The translations under genes were made by a program, and so were the position numbers. A stretch of DNA of 57,500 nucleotides. Origin: a virus (lineage: Duplodnaviria > Caudoviricetes). The notes under the pieces are model-generated. The model saw only the letters and a program-made list of their open reading frames with translations. It ran no database searches and was not told the DNA's origin. The stretch covers positions 1 through 57,500 of IMG/VR virus record IMGVR_UViG_3300044252_000013; one strand, 5' to 3'. This document shows positions 46,488 through 55,972 of the stretch, piece after piece (the first letter of the stretch is position 1; each line of letters begins with the position of its first letter).

Positions 46488-48064
46488 TGGCGCGCAAGAT
46501 CATCAAAGGGAAAATCAGCAAGCCTCAGGCTCCCGAGGTCACGGTCGAGACTGACAAGAAGTTCAAAGCCGACTTCGACGGCGGGCGGCAGCGCAGGCGG
46601 CTCAAGTCTTGGCAGCCGACGAAGTTCACGACCAACACCATCCTCGCGTCCTCCGGTGATCTGCTGCGCGCGCGGTGCCGCGACGTCATGCGCAACAACC
46701 CGCACGCCGTTGCAGCCGGTGAGAGCTTCGCCGCGAACCTGATCGGCACCGGCATCAAGCCGTCCTCGCTGCTATCCGAGCAGCCCGACCTCCGTGAGCA
46801 GATCATGGAGCAATGGTTCGACTGGACCGACGAGTGCGATGCCGATGGCATAGCCGACTTCTATGGCATGCAGTCCATCGTGAGCCGTGCGCTGTTCGAA
46901 GCGGGCGAGTGCTTCATCCGCTTCCGCAATCGCAGGCCGGAAGATGGCTTCAAGGTGCCGCTGCAAATCCAGTTGCTCGAAAGCGACATGTGCCCCTACT
47001 GGCTGAACCAGCGCGCGCCCAACGGCAACTTCGTCATGAACGGAATTGAGTTGGATCATCGCGGCGGTCGCGCGGCGTACTACTTCCATCCCATCCATCC
47101 CGGTGACTTCCCCGTCGAGAGTGGTCCGCTCGCCTTGCAGCCGATCAGGGTGCCCGCGACCGAGGTCCTGCATATTTTCAAATGCACGCGCCCCGGCCAG
47201 ATGCGCGGCGTCCCGTTGGTGACGCCCGCGCTCACCCGGCTGTTCTTCCTCGACCAGTACGACGACGCCGAGCTTGAGCGGAAGCGCATCGCCGCGATGT
47301 TCGCTGGCTTCATCACAACGCCGACGCCCGAGGACGTTCTGCCGATTGATGGCATCGACGCCTCAGCCGAGCAGGAGGGCATCGGTCTATCCGGTCTTGA
47401 GCCGGGGACGATGCAGACGCTGCTGCCGGGTGAGACCATCACCTTCAGCGAGCCTGCCGATGTCGGCGGCTCCTACGAGGCGTATCAGTACCGTCAGCAG
47501 CTTGCGATATTTTCTGCGCTGGGCATTCCCTACTCGCTGGGGACCTCCGACCTGAGGCGCGCGAACTACTCGTCGCTGCGCGGTTCGATTGTGGAGTACC
47601 GACGCAAGCTGGAGCAGTTCCAGCATAACGTCATGGTCTTTCAAATGTGCGCTCCCATCTGGAAGCGCTGGCTCGACACCGCCGTGCTGGCTCAGGCATT
47701 CCCGATCAACGCGAGTGCCTACCTCGCTGATCAGGCGGTGTATCAGCGGTGCAAATGGATACCGCAGCGGAACGATTGGGTTGATCCGCTGAAGGACCGT
47801 CAGGCCGAGAAGCTGGCTGTCGAGGCGGGCTTCAAGAGTCGCAGCGACGTGGTCGAAGCCGAAGGGTTCGACCCGGAGGAGAACGACAAGCGCATCGCTG
47901 CCGATCACGAACGCGAGGAGCGGATGGGCTTGGACTTCAGTCCTCCGAAGCCATCGCCATTCGGGGGCGGTGATCCGTCTGCACCGGCTGACGGAGAGGA
48001 CCCGGAAGAAGCCGACCAGCAGAAACAGGACGCCGAGGACGCAGAAGATGCGGATGCGGCATAA
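46487..48064 (+). CDS. Portal protein, lambda family
   Basis: LRARCRD..RNNP, RPGQMRGVP, ANYSSLR, WVDPLKD. Confidence 0.95.
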   Translation: MARKIIKGKISKPQAPEVTVETDKKFKADFDGGRQRRRLKSWQPTKFTTNTILASSGDLLRARCRDVMRNNPHAVAAGESFAANLIGTGIKPSSLLSEQPDLREQIMEQWFDWTDECDADGIADFYGMQSIVSRALFEAGECFIRFRNRRPEDGFKVPLQIQLLESDMCPYWLNQRAPNGNFVMNGIELDHRGGRAAYYFHPIHPGDFPVESGPLALQPIRVPATEVLHIFKCTRPGQMRGVPLVTPALTRLFFLDQYDDAELERKRIAAMFAGFITTPTPEDVLPIDGIDASAEQEGIGLSGLEPGTMQTLLPGETITFSEPADVGGSYEAYQYRQQLAIFSALGIPYSLGTSDLRRANYSSLRGSIVEYRRKLEQFQHNVMVFQMCAPIWKRWLDTAVLAQAFPINASAYLADQAVYQRCKWIPQRNDWVDPLKDRQAEKLAVEAGFKSRSDVVEAEGFDPEENDKRIAADHEREERMGLDFSPPKPSPFGGGDPSAPADGEDPEEADQQKQDAEDAEDADAA

Positions 48065-48075
48065 AGGAGATTGCC

Positions 48076-49176
48076 ATGCGTAATTGGTTCACGATGAGCA
48101 AGGTCGAGGACGATGAAGAGGATGCGGACAAGAAGAAAAACCCGTTCGCTGAAATCCTGATCTACGACGCCATCGGCAAGTCGTTCTGGGATGACAACGC
48201 GGTGAGCGCGCAGTCGTTCGTCACGGCTCTCGCTGAGCTTGGCGACGTCACTGAAATCAAGCTCCGCATCAATTCCCCCGGCGGTGACGTGTTCGATGGC
48301 GTTGCCATCTACAACGCGGTCAAGAACCACAAGGCGACGGTCACCGCGCATATCGATGGCATCGCCGCTTCGGCAGCTTCGCTGATCGCGATGGCTGCGG
48401 ACAAAATCGTGATGCCGCAGAACTCGTTCATGCTGGTGCATGGCGCGTCGGGTTTTGCTATGGGCAACGCCGAGGACATGATCGCGCTCGCCGCTGACCT
48501 CCAGCGCATCGACAAGTCGATGGCATCGACCTACGCCGCGCGCTCAGGGCAGACGCCCGCGAAGGTTCGCGCCCTCATGAAAGAGGACCGGCTGATGGAC
48601 GCCACCGAGGCGAAGTCGCTGGGCTACGCAGATGAAGTTGCTTCCCCCGTGAAGATGGCGGCAAGCATGCGGCTGAACGTTCTGCCGCCAAAGGTTGCGG
48701 AGAAATTCCGCGCAGAGACAGGAACGGAGCAGGGCGACCCGCCTCAATCTGCCCCCGCGCCTGAGGAGCCGGGGCAGCCGGTACCAGCCACCCCGGCTCC
48801 GACTAATCCTGAACACCCGGCTCATGAGCCGACCGAGCAGCCGCCGGTCACGCGCCCCAGCGACCCTGACCCGGCACCGACCCCCGGCACTCCGCGCTCT
48901 GCAACGGTGATCGAAATCAACGCCGCCAAGCAGCAGGGCATGGAGGAGCATAAGGCATACGTGCAGTCGATCACCGACCTCTGCACGCTCGCTCGCGCGC
49001 CCGAGAAGGTCGGCGGCTACATTCGTGCGGGCACTTCGGTCGAAGCCGCCCGCAAGGAGCTTCTGGCGGCGGCGGGAGAGCAGCCGGTTCTCTCGCATCA
49101 CCCGATGGTGCCGACTGCCCCCGCCGCGAAGGCGTGGGACAAGGTCACCGACAAGATCAACGCGCGCCTGAAGTAA
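48076..49176 (+). CDS. ClpP-type head maturation protease with scaffold-like C-terminus
   Basis: RINSPGGDVFDG.AIYN, DGIAASAASLIAMA, MLVH. Confidence 0.92.
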   Translation: MRNWFTMSKVEDDEEDADKKKNPFAEILIYDAIGKSFWDDNAVSAQSFVTALAELGDVTEIKLRINSPGGDVFDGVAIYNAVKNHKATVTAHIDGIAASAASLIAMAADKIVMPQNSFMLVHGASGFAMGNAEDMIALAADLQRIDKSMASTYAARSGQTPAKVRALMKEDRLMDATEAKSLGYADEVASPVKMAASMRLNVLPPKVAEKFRAETGTEQGDPPQSAPAPEEPGQPVPATPAPTNPEHPAHEPTEQPPVTRPSDPDPAPTPGTPRSATVIEINAAKQQGMEEHKAYVQSITDLCTLARAPEKVGGYIRAGTSVEAARKELLAAAGEQPVLSHHPMVPTAPAAKAWDKVTDKINARLK

Positions 49177-49203
49177 ATCGCAAACAGAGAAGGAGTTTTC
49201 GTG

Positions 49204-49926
49204 ATGGCTGAGCATAAGGACAACGACCGCACTCACACCGAGCGAGTGGTGCCCACCGCCGCTCCCGCAGCGGCTGGCTACGACAACAGCAAGCAGGCGG
49301 CTGAGGCGACCAAGAAGCAGCAGGAGGAAGAGAAGAAGCGCGTCGAGGCTGAGACGCAGAAGCTCGAAGAGGGTCGCAAGCTGGTCCATGAGCGCGAAAC
49401 GCAGGCGCTTGAAGAGCGGCAGAAGGAAGAGGACAACCGCATCGACGCGGAGCGCAAGGCGCGCGAGGACAAGCTGAAGGAGGAGGAGCGGCGTTCGAAG
49501 CTCAGCCCGACCGAGCTTGCTGCTGAGGTCAGCCCGTTCGCCGCAACCGTCCCGCACTTCCCGGTGATGAGCGAGCCGCACCACGCTGCGGAGTTCATTC
49601 TGTCGGAAGCCAACGGCCAGCGCTCGCGCGAGAATGCGTACATCGCTGACCCGGCCACGGTCTATGTCGGCACGCCGCTGAAGAAGACCGCCGAGGCAAC
49701 GTCCACGCAGCCCGCGACCTACGTCAAGGCAACGACCGGCGCGGATTGCGAAGCGCTCTGCATCTACGCTGGCGGCACCATCCCCGGCGAAGGTCTGCGG
49801 ATTTCGATCATCGCTCGCGATGCCGAGGTCAATGGAAGTTGCTTGACGTGGGGTGCGCTTGCCCCGGCTGAGCAAGCCATCGCTGCCGCAACGCTCGCGT
49901 CGAAGGGCATCATCATCCGTCTGTAA
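49204..49926 (+). CDS. Head decoration protein with charged N-terminal extension
   Basis: EFILSEANGQRSRE...IARDAEVNG..L.W...L..KGIIIR. Confidence 0.8.
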   Translation: MAEHKDNDRTHTERVVPTAAPAAAGYDNSKQAAEATKKQQEEEKKRVEAETQKLEEGRKLVHERETQALEERQKEEDNRIDAERKAREDKLKEEERRSKLSPTELAAEVSPFAATVPHFPVMSEPHHAAEFILSEANGQRSRENAYIADPATVYVGTPLKKTAEATSTQPATYVKATTGADCEALCIYAGGTIPGEGLRISIIARDAEVNGSCLTWGALAPAEQAIAAATLASKGIIIRL

Positions 49927-49984
49927 TAGACGGACCCCGCTTCAACCGCTCGCCGCATAGGCAGCAGAAATAAGGAACACGGAA

Positions 49985-50998
49985 ATGCTCGATATCTTTC
50001 GCGGCGATGCGTTTGGGGTGGTGCCGCTCTCCCTCGCTATCAACAACCTGAAGTTCGTCCCCGGCTTCGTCAGCAGCAAGGGCATCTTCTCCGAAAGCTC
50101 CACGTCCTCGACGGTGGTGGCAATCGAAGAGCGGGGCGGCATCCTGCAACTGATCGCGCCGACCCCGCGCGGTGGTCCCGGCCATACGCTGCCGAAGGCA
50201 CGGCGCTCCATGCGTATGCTTGGCGTGCCGCACTTCGAAATCAACGATGCCGTCATGGCGGAAGAAGTGCAGGGCGTTCGCCCGTTCGGTGAGGAGACCG
50301 GCACCGAGAGCGTCATGACGAAAGTCGGTGAGCGCATGCAGCTTGCCGGTCAGTCGCTGGAGTACACGCAGGAACACACCCGCGTCGGCGCGATCAAAGG
50401 CGTGATCACCTACGCCGATGGCACGGTGCTGAACCTGTTCACCGAGTACGGCTTGGTGCAGCCTGCGGCGATCAGCTTCCCGTTCAGCCTCACGCCACCG
50501 ACCGGCGCTGTTCGTCAGGCTTGCCAGCAAGTCATTCGCACGATGGGTGCCAACCTCGACGGTCTGATGTTCTCGGGCGTCGAAGCCATCTGCGGCGATG
50601 CGTTCTTCGATGCGCTGATCATGTCACCGGAAGTTCGGGCGACCTACCTCAACTGGCAGGGCGCGGCTGAGCTTCGCGGCAGCTACGTCTCGGCTGGTCA
50701 GACGTGGGGCAGCTTCGAGTTCGGCGGCATCCTCTGGACGAACTATCGCGGATACGTTTCCGGCGTGCCGATGGTCGAGACCAACAAGGCGTACTTCTAT
50801 CCGACCGGAGTGCCCAACTTGTTCGCGACGGTTTTTGCGCCTGCGGACTACGTCGAGACCGTCAATACGATGGGCAAGCCGCGCTACGTCAAGCAGTACA
50901 CGATGGCGAACGACAAGGGCATCCATCTCGATACCCAGATGAACGCCCTCAACTTCTGCACGCGACCGCTCGCGCTCCAGAGCGGCGTGTTCACCTAA
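49985..50998 (+). CDS. Major capsid protein (lambda E family)
   Basis: DIF..DAF....L..AIN, FEFGGI.W..YRG, FAPAD..ETVNT.G.P.Y, CTRP. Confidence 0.92.
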   Translation: MLDIFRGDAFGVVPLSLAINNLKFVPGFVSSKGIFSESSTSSTVVAIEERGGILQLIAPTPRGGPGHTLPKARRSMRMLGVPHFEINDAVMAEEVQGVRPFGEETGTESVMTKVGERMQLAGQSLEYTQEHTRVGAIKGVITYADGTVLNLFTEYGLVQPAAISFPFSLTPPTGAVRQACQQVIRTMGANLDGLMFSGVEAICGDAFFDALIMSPEVRATYLNWQGAAELRGSYVSAGQTWGSFEFGGILWTNYRGYVSGVPMVETNKAYFYPTGVPNLFATVFAPADYVETVNTMGKPRYVKQYTMANDKGIHLDTQMNALNFCTRPLALQSGVFT

Positions 50999-51013
50999 CG
51001 GCGGTGCGGGACC

Positions 51014-51364
51014 ATGATCGACTTCGATGGACTGGTCCTCAACAAATGCGAGGATATCTTTTCAATCCTCGTTCGCTTCACCCCGTTGGTGAGCGACCCT
51101 GCCGCGCAGCCATATGATCTGCGCGGCATCTACTCGTCCTCACCCGTTGACGTTCAGATGCAGGACGACACCATTTTCTCCGATCAGCAGACCTCGCTGG
51201 GCATTCGGGTTCGTGACTTCAAGGGACCACCCCCTGATCGCGGTGACCTCGTAGAGATTATCGACAGCCGCCACCCGGCGTTCGGTCAGCGGTACTGGAT
51301 TGGCGACAGCGACCTTGATGGTCAGGGCGGCGCGATGTTGATGCTGAGAGTTCAGAAGCCATGA
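51014..51364 (+). CDS. Head-tail adaptor (gpFII-like)
   Basis: IDFD......F...V.F.P, P..GD.V, D..DG.G...L.L; synteny. Confidence 0.7.
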   Translation: MIDFDGLVLNKCEDIFSILVRFTPLVSDPAAQPYDLRGIYSSSPVDVQMQDDTIFSDQQTSLGIRVRDFKGPPPDRGDLVEIIDSRHPAFGQRYWIGDSDLDGQGGAMLMLRVQKP

Positions 51365-51999
51365 GCCATTACGCCAGCATGATACAGACCGAGGCGATGC
51401 GTCTGTTGCAGGCTGGCTTCGGCGCGCGCTTCAAGACCTACCGCAACACGCCCGCGCTTCAGGTCCAGCCGACCGACCTCCCGCTGCTGGGCGTCTATAT
51501 CCTGCGTGAGCGGCGCATGGGCATGGGACCAAACCACGCCGAGCCGAAGTTCAAGCACGAACTCACGCTGGGTTTTTCCGGCGGCGAGTGGGCCGACACC
51601 GACGATCAGAACAAGCTGCTGGGTCTGGAAGCGATGATGTCCGAGTTGGACGACATGCTGCTGACCAACCCGAAGTTCGTGAAGCTGGTCGAGGGCTTCA
51701 CCGGCATGGACCGGCAGTCGCAGTTCGCCAAGGTGGGCGAGACAACGCTGTTCGAAATCAGGGTCGAGATGGTGATGGAGTTCACCGGCTGGTTCGACCC
51801 GGTGGTCGAGGACGATTTCAATACGCTGCACATCGAGACGCGCTATCCATCGGTCGATACCGACCCGGCTGCGGTCTTGCAGATCATCCGCCAGTACGAC
51901 CTGACGCAGAACGAAGTCGCATCCGCTTTGAAGCGAGCAGCACAAACGAAGGCGGGACGATACAACGGCGGTCACCGACCGCCCCAACCCCTGACTTGA
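51361..51999 (+). CDS. Tail terminator / neck protein
   Basis: LP.LGVY...E motif; position before the sheath. Confidence 0.55.
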   Translation: MSHYASMIQTEAMRLLQAGFGARFKTYRNTPALQVQPTDLPLLGVYILRERRMGMGPNHAEPKFKHELTLGFSGGEWADTDDQNKLLGLEAMMSELDDMLLTNPKFVKLVEGFTGMDRQSQFAKVGETTLFEIRVEMVMEFTGWFDPVVEDDFNTLHIETRYPSVDTDPAAVLQIIRQYDLTQNEVASALKRAAQTKAGRYNGGHRPPQPLT

Positions 52000-52015
52000 G
52001 AAGGAGACCGCGCAC

Positions 52016-53569
52016 ATGCCCGTTTCATTCAACTCCATCCCCGGCAATTGGAAGATGCCGCTTTACTGGGTCGAGGTTGATCCCAGCATGGCTGGCTATC
52101 CTCGCTCGCGCCTGACTTCGCTGATCATCGGCACCAAGGGGTCTGACGGTTCGGCTGTCGCGAACGTCCCCATCCCGGTGCCTTCTCAGGCAGACGCTCG
52201 TCAGTTGTTCGGCTACGGCAGCATGCTCGACATGATGGTCGAGAGCTTCACCAAGAACAACTTCGCGCAGGAGCTTTGGGTCGTTCCTATCGATGAGGCA
52301 GCGGCAGGCACCCCGGCGATGGGCGCGCTGACCGTCACCCAGCCCGCCATCTCCGCAGGCACGCTGCCCATCTACATCGCGGGTCGGCGCGTTCAGGTTT
52401 TCGTTGCGGCTGGTGAAGCCGTCGCGGACGTCGCGAAGAAGATTGAAGCCGCGATCAACGCGGACCTCTCCATGCCGGTGACGGCGCTGGTCGGGGTCGG
52501 CGGCGTGGTTGATCTGACCGCGAAGTGGAAGGGCGTCGAGGGCAACGAGATTGATGTTCGCCTCGCCTACGGCGGCGCGCTCGCAGCGGAGCGCATCCCG
52601 GTCGGTCTGGTCGTGACCATCCCTCCGGGTCACCGGCTGACCGGCGGCACCGGCACGACTGACATCTCCACGGCGCTCGTCAACCTTGGCGATGAAATCT
52701 ACGAGTACGTTGCGACCGGCTACACCGACAGCACCTCGCTCTCGCTACTCGAGACCGAGTACGGCTTCGGTGACAGCGGGCGGTGGGGCTGGCTGCGTCA
52801 ACTCTACGGTCACGTTTTCGGTGCCTACAAGGGCGTCGAGCAGGGCGAGGACAAGGGCTACGCGGACATCGTGGAGTACGGTCCCGAGAACAACAGCGGC
52901 GTGCTTTCCATCTTGGGCATCGAAGCGAACGCTCCGTCGCCCACTTGGGTCTGGGCGGCTGCCTATGCCGCGAAGGCTGCTCGCGCGCTGCTGAACGACC
53001 CGGCTCGCCCGTTGCAGACGCTGGCGCTGGAGGGCTGCCTTCCGGCTCCGAAGCATCAGCGGTTCACCAAGAAGCAGTGCAACGACTTCTCCGGGGTCGG
53101 CATCGCAACGCAGGGCGTCAATGACGATGGCGTCCCGGCGCTGCTCCGTGAAAGCACGACCTACCAGAAGAACCTCTATGGTCAGGGTGACGACGCCTAC
53201 GAGTTGGTGCCGACGCTCGCGACCCTCGCGGCGCTGTTCCGTTCGCAGCGGCATGCCATCACCAGCAAGTACCCGCGTCACAAGCTGGCGGATGACGGCA
53301 CGCGCTTCGGTGCCGGTCAGGCCATCGTCACCCCGAAGATCATCAAGGCGGAATTGATCGCTCAGTACCGGCAGGATGAGTTCTTGGGGCGCGTCGAGAA
53401 CGCTCAGGCGTTCAAGAAGAACCTGATCGTGGAGCGCGACCCCAACGACCCGAATAGGGTGAACGTTCTCTACCCGCCCGACCTGATCAATCAACTCCGC
53501 ATCTTCGCGGTCTTGGCTCAGTTCAGGCTCCAGTACAATCGGGGCGTCGATACGGACATTGCCCTGTAG
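52016..53569 (+). CDS. Tail sheath protein (Mu gpL-like)
   Basis: SFNSIP....PL.WVE.D, LFGYGSML, DPARPLQTL, KYPRHKLADDG, PPDLINQLRIFA. Confidence 0.95.
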   Translation: MPVSFNSIPGNWKMPLYWVEVDPSMAGYPRSRLTSLIIGTKGSDGSAVANVPIPVPSQADARQLFGYGSMLDMMVESFTKNNFAQELWVVPIDEAAAGTPAMGALTVTQPAISAGTLPIYIAGRRVQVFVAAGEAVADVAKKIEAAINADLSMPVTALVGVGGVVDLTAKWKGVEGNEIDVRLAYGGALAAERIPVGLVVTIPPGHRLTGGTGTTDISTALVNLGDEIYEYVATGYTDSTSLSLLETEYGFGDSGRWGWLRQLYGHVFGAYKGVEQGEDKGYADIVEYGPENNSGVLSILGIEANAPSPTWVWAAAYAAKAARALLNDPARPLQTLALEGCLPAPKHQRFTKKQCNDFSGVGIATQGVNDDGVPALLRESTTYQKNLYGQGDDAYELVPTLATLAALFRSQRHAITSKYPRHKLADDGTRFGAGQAIVTPKIIKAELIAQYRQDEFLGRVENAQAFKKNLIVERDPNDPNRVNVLYPPDLINQLRIFAVLAQFRLQYNRGVDTDIAL

Positions 53570-53603
53570 GGCAAGTGCGCTCGCGCTCGTTTCAGGCTAC
53601 CAG

Positions 53604-53640
53604 AGCAAGCCGAAGCAAACCGCTTCGGCTTGCTTCTTTC
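53604..53640 (+). terminator. Rho-independent terminator-like hairpin after the sheath
   Basis: agcaagccgaagc-aaacc-gcttcggcttgct followed by tctttc. Confidence 0.6.
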
Positions 53641-53706
53641 GTATCAGAGCAAGACGGAGCAAGATGCTCCAGCGCTGGCGGGCGCGATCAAAGCAAGGGC
53701 GGATCA

Positions 53707-54330
53707 ATGGATGTCTACGGAAAGATCACGAAGCCGTTTTGGGATGACAAGCCGGTCGCGATAGTCGGCGGCGGTCCATCGCTGGTGGACTTCGACTTCG
53801 AGCGGCTGCGCGGAGCGCATGTTCTCGCGGTCAAGAACCTGATCGATACGATGCCGTGGGCTGACGCATGCTTCGGTCAGGGGGCGTGGCTCGACCGGCT
53901 GGAGAACTTGCAGTCCCGCATCTACTGGGCGCTGCCTGAGGATCAGATGGCGGGCGCGCCGCAAGCGAAGAACATCACCTTCCTGCGGCGGCTCGACGGG
54001 CAGGACGTTTCACCGGACCCCAGCGTCATCTACAGCGGCGGGACCTCAGGCTTCGGGGCTATGCAAATTTGCATGCACAAGCGGGCGAAGCGGGTCGTGC
54101 TATTCGGCTTCGACTATGACGGCTCCTACAAGAACGGTTCTGACATCAAGCAGCCCGAGAAGCGGCGCGCTCAGGCAGCAGAGAACTGGGACAAGTGGGC
54201 GCGGCACTTCGCGGTCTACGTCCCCCACCTGACCCGGCTGGGTATCAGCGTCGTCAATGCTTGTCCTACATCAAGCATCGCCTGCTTTCAGAAGGTGACG
54301 CTGGATGACGGAGTGGAGATGCTGAGGTAA
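53707..54330 (+). CDS. Putative glycosyltransferase (Maf/DUF115, sialyltransferase-like fold)
   Basis: AIVGGGPSL, AVKN, GTSGFGAMQI.....AKRVVLFGFD, VVNAC..S.I.CF. Confidence 0.7.
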   Translation: MDVYGKITKPFWDDKPVAIVGGGPSLVDFDFERLRGAHVLAVKNLIDTMPWADACFGQGAWLDRLENLQSRIYWALPEDQMAGAPQAKNITFLRRLDGQDVSPDPSVIYSGGTSGFGAMQICMHKRAKRVVLFGFDYDGSYKNGSDIKQPEKRRAQAAENWDKWARHFAVYVPHLTRLGISVVNACPTSSIACFQKVTLDDGVEMLR

Positions 54331-54345
54331 CAGGGAGTACTCCCC

Positions 54346-54435
54346 ATGTGCTGGTTCTGGATTGCGGCGGCGTTTGTTATCGGCGGAAATTTCGGGGCGA
54401 TGGCGATGGCGGTCGTGTCGCTGACGAGGCGATGA
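54346..54435 (+). CDS. 29-aa hydrophobic peptide
   Basis: GGGAG RBS; MCWFWIAAAFVIGGNFGAMAMAVVSLTRR; stop overlaps the next ATG. Confidence 0.45.
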   Translation: MCWFWIAAAFVIGGNFGAMAMAVVSLTRR

Positions 54436-54971
54436 GGATCACCTACGATGTGATCTACGCGACGGTCAGGACCGGCCATCCGTTCGATTGCGTCACCAAG
54501 CTCCGCGACGGCATCATGCGGCACGCGCGGCAGCCCTACGGTATCGTCTGCCTGACCGATCAGCCTGAGCGATGCGAGGGCGTCGAGTTCATCGACATCA
54601 CCGGGGCGGGGCTTCCGGGGGCATGGGCGAAGATGCTCCTGTTCGAAAAAACATGGCGAGGTCGATCACGAATTGTTTATCTCGACCTGAGCGTCGAGGT
54701 CGCTGGGGACCTGTCACCGCTTCAGGATGTACCGGGTGAGCTTGCCATCTGCGGCAGGAGAGACGGCAAGTACAATACATCGGTGATGGTGATCGGCGCT
54801 GGCATGGCGTCGTTCGTCTGGGAGCGTTTCGACAAGTCGCGCGAGGGATGGATGGGCAGCGCGCTGGCGCATCTCGGAGATCAGGCGGTGATCGAAGAAC
54901 TCTATCCCGACGCGCCGTTCTTGCAGCGGCTGGTGCCGAAGGGGTTCTTCCAGAGCGCGGTGATCCTATAA
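54432..54971 (+). CDS. Putative GT-A (GT8-like) glycosyltransferase
   Basis: VCLTD, WAKMLLF, IVYLDLS (DxD position), YNTSVM, GDQAVI. Confidence 0.72.
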   Translation: MRITYDVIYATVRTGHPFDCVTKLRDGIMRHARQPYGIVCLTDQPERCEGVEFIDITGAGLPGAWAKMLLFEKTWRGRSRIVYLDLSVEVAGDLSPLQDVPGELAICGRRDGKYNTSVMVIGAGMASFVWERFDKSREGWMGSALAHLGDQAVIEELYPDAPFLQRLVPKGFFQSAVIL

Positions 54972-55081
54972 GCCCGTTCCGGTAGCGGGGATGACCGCTG
55001 ATTGTATCGGCGGCGGTCTGCTGGTGTTCGCGCGAGCGGCAGCGCATAAAGCCTGAGGTCCCCAACTGAGGAGAGACTTCA

Positions 55082-55444
55082 ATGCCGCAAGGTCCTATCG
55101 CTGGCACCGCCTACCTGAAGGTGGACGGTCAGATGTATCCGCTGAAGGGCAGCCTCACCGTTTCGATCACTTCGGTCGAGCGCAACGGCATTGCCGGTCA
55201 GGACTACGTCCACGGCTACCAAGAGCTACCGCGTGTCCCCTACATCGAAGGTGACGTCTCGACGCTGCCTGAGGTCAGCACGGAGTTTCTGGAGAGCATC
55301 ACCGACGCAACGATCACCGCAGAGTTGGTGAACGGTCGAACCTACGTTCTCCGCAACGCGTGGATGAAGGGGCCGGTCGAAATCAACACCAGCGACGGTC
55401 AATTCCGCGTTCGGTTCGAAGGCGTGGACGGCGACGAAATTTAA
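55082..55444 (+). CDS. Tail tube protein (Mu gpM-like)
   Basis: IAGTAYLKVDG, AGQD.VHGY.E.P..PYIE, TITAEL.NG..YVL.NAW. Confidence 0.92.
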   Translation: MPQGPIAGTAYLKVDGQMYPLKGSLTVSITSVERNGIAGQDYVHGYQELPRVPYIEGDVSTLPEVSTEFLESITDATITAELVNGRTYVLRNAWMKGPVEINTSDGQFRVRFEGVDGDEI

Positions 55445-55459
55445 CGGAGGCGAACTTCA

Positions 55460-55825
55460 ATGGCGGGTGAAGCTGTGGCTAAAAAGCCGGTGGAGGTTGT
55501 GGAGGATGCGGCGGCACCTCCGACGACCGATGTGACAATCGAGTTGACCAAGCCGGTGATGGCGCACGGGGAGATGGTGAAGAAGCTCGTTTTCCGTGAG
55601 CCGACCGGCGGTGACATGCAGTCGATTGGCGAGAAGTGGCCGGTCAACATCGATTGGCAAACTGGTGTCGTGACGCCCAACCCGGAGGTCATGGGCAACG
55701 TGATGTCCACTCTGGCGTCGGTGCCACCGTCAACGGTCAAGGCGATGCGAGGTAAGGACTTCACGACCTGCGCGCATGCACTGATGGGTTTTTTCGTACC
55801 GGACGCGCAGGCGATGCGATACTGA
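55460..55825 (+). CDS. Tail assembly chaperone (Mu gp41-like)
   Basis: IELTKPVMAHGE.V..L.FREPTG.D; ends GFF at a slippery site. Confidence 0.88.
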   Translation: MAGEAVAKKPVEVVEDAAAPPTTDVTIELTKPVMAHGEMVKKLVFREPTGGDMQSIGEKWPVNIDWQTGVVTPNPEVMGNVMSTLASVPPSTVKAMRGKDFTTCAHALMGFFVPDAQAMRY

Positions 55826-55959
55826 ACTGCTATCGCATGGCGCGGTTTTATGGGCGACCACCGGGCGAATTTCTCAGCATGCCGATGAGTGAAGTCGAGC
55901 GGCATATGAGTTGGACAGACAGGTTGCTCGCTCAGGCTGAGGCGCAGCGACCACGCTGA
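55786..55959 (+). other. Programmed -1 frameshift site GGGTTTT and downstream chaperone extension
   Basis: G GGT TTT TTC; the -1 frame reads RTGRAGDAILNCYRMARFYGRPPGEFLSMPMSEV..W to TGA 55959. Confidence 0.8.
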
Positions 55960-55972
55960 GGGTCGAGGCGCT

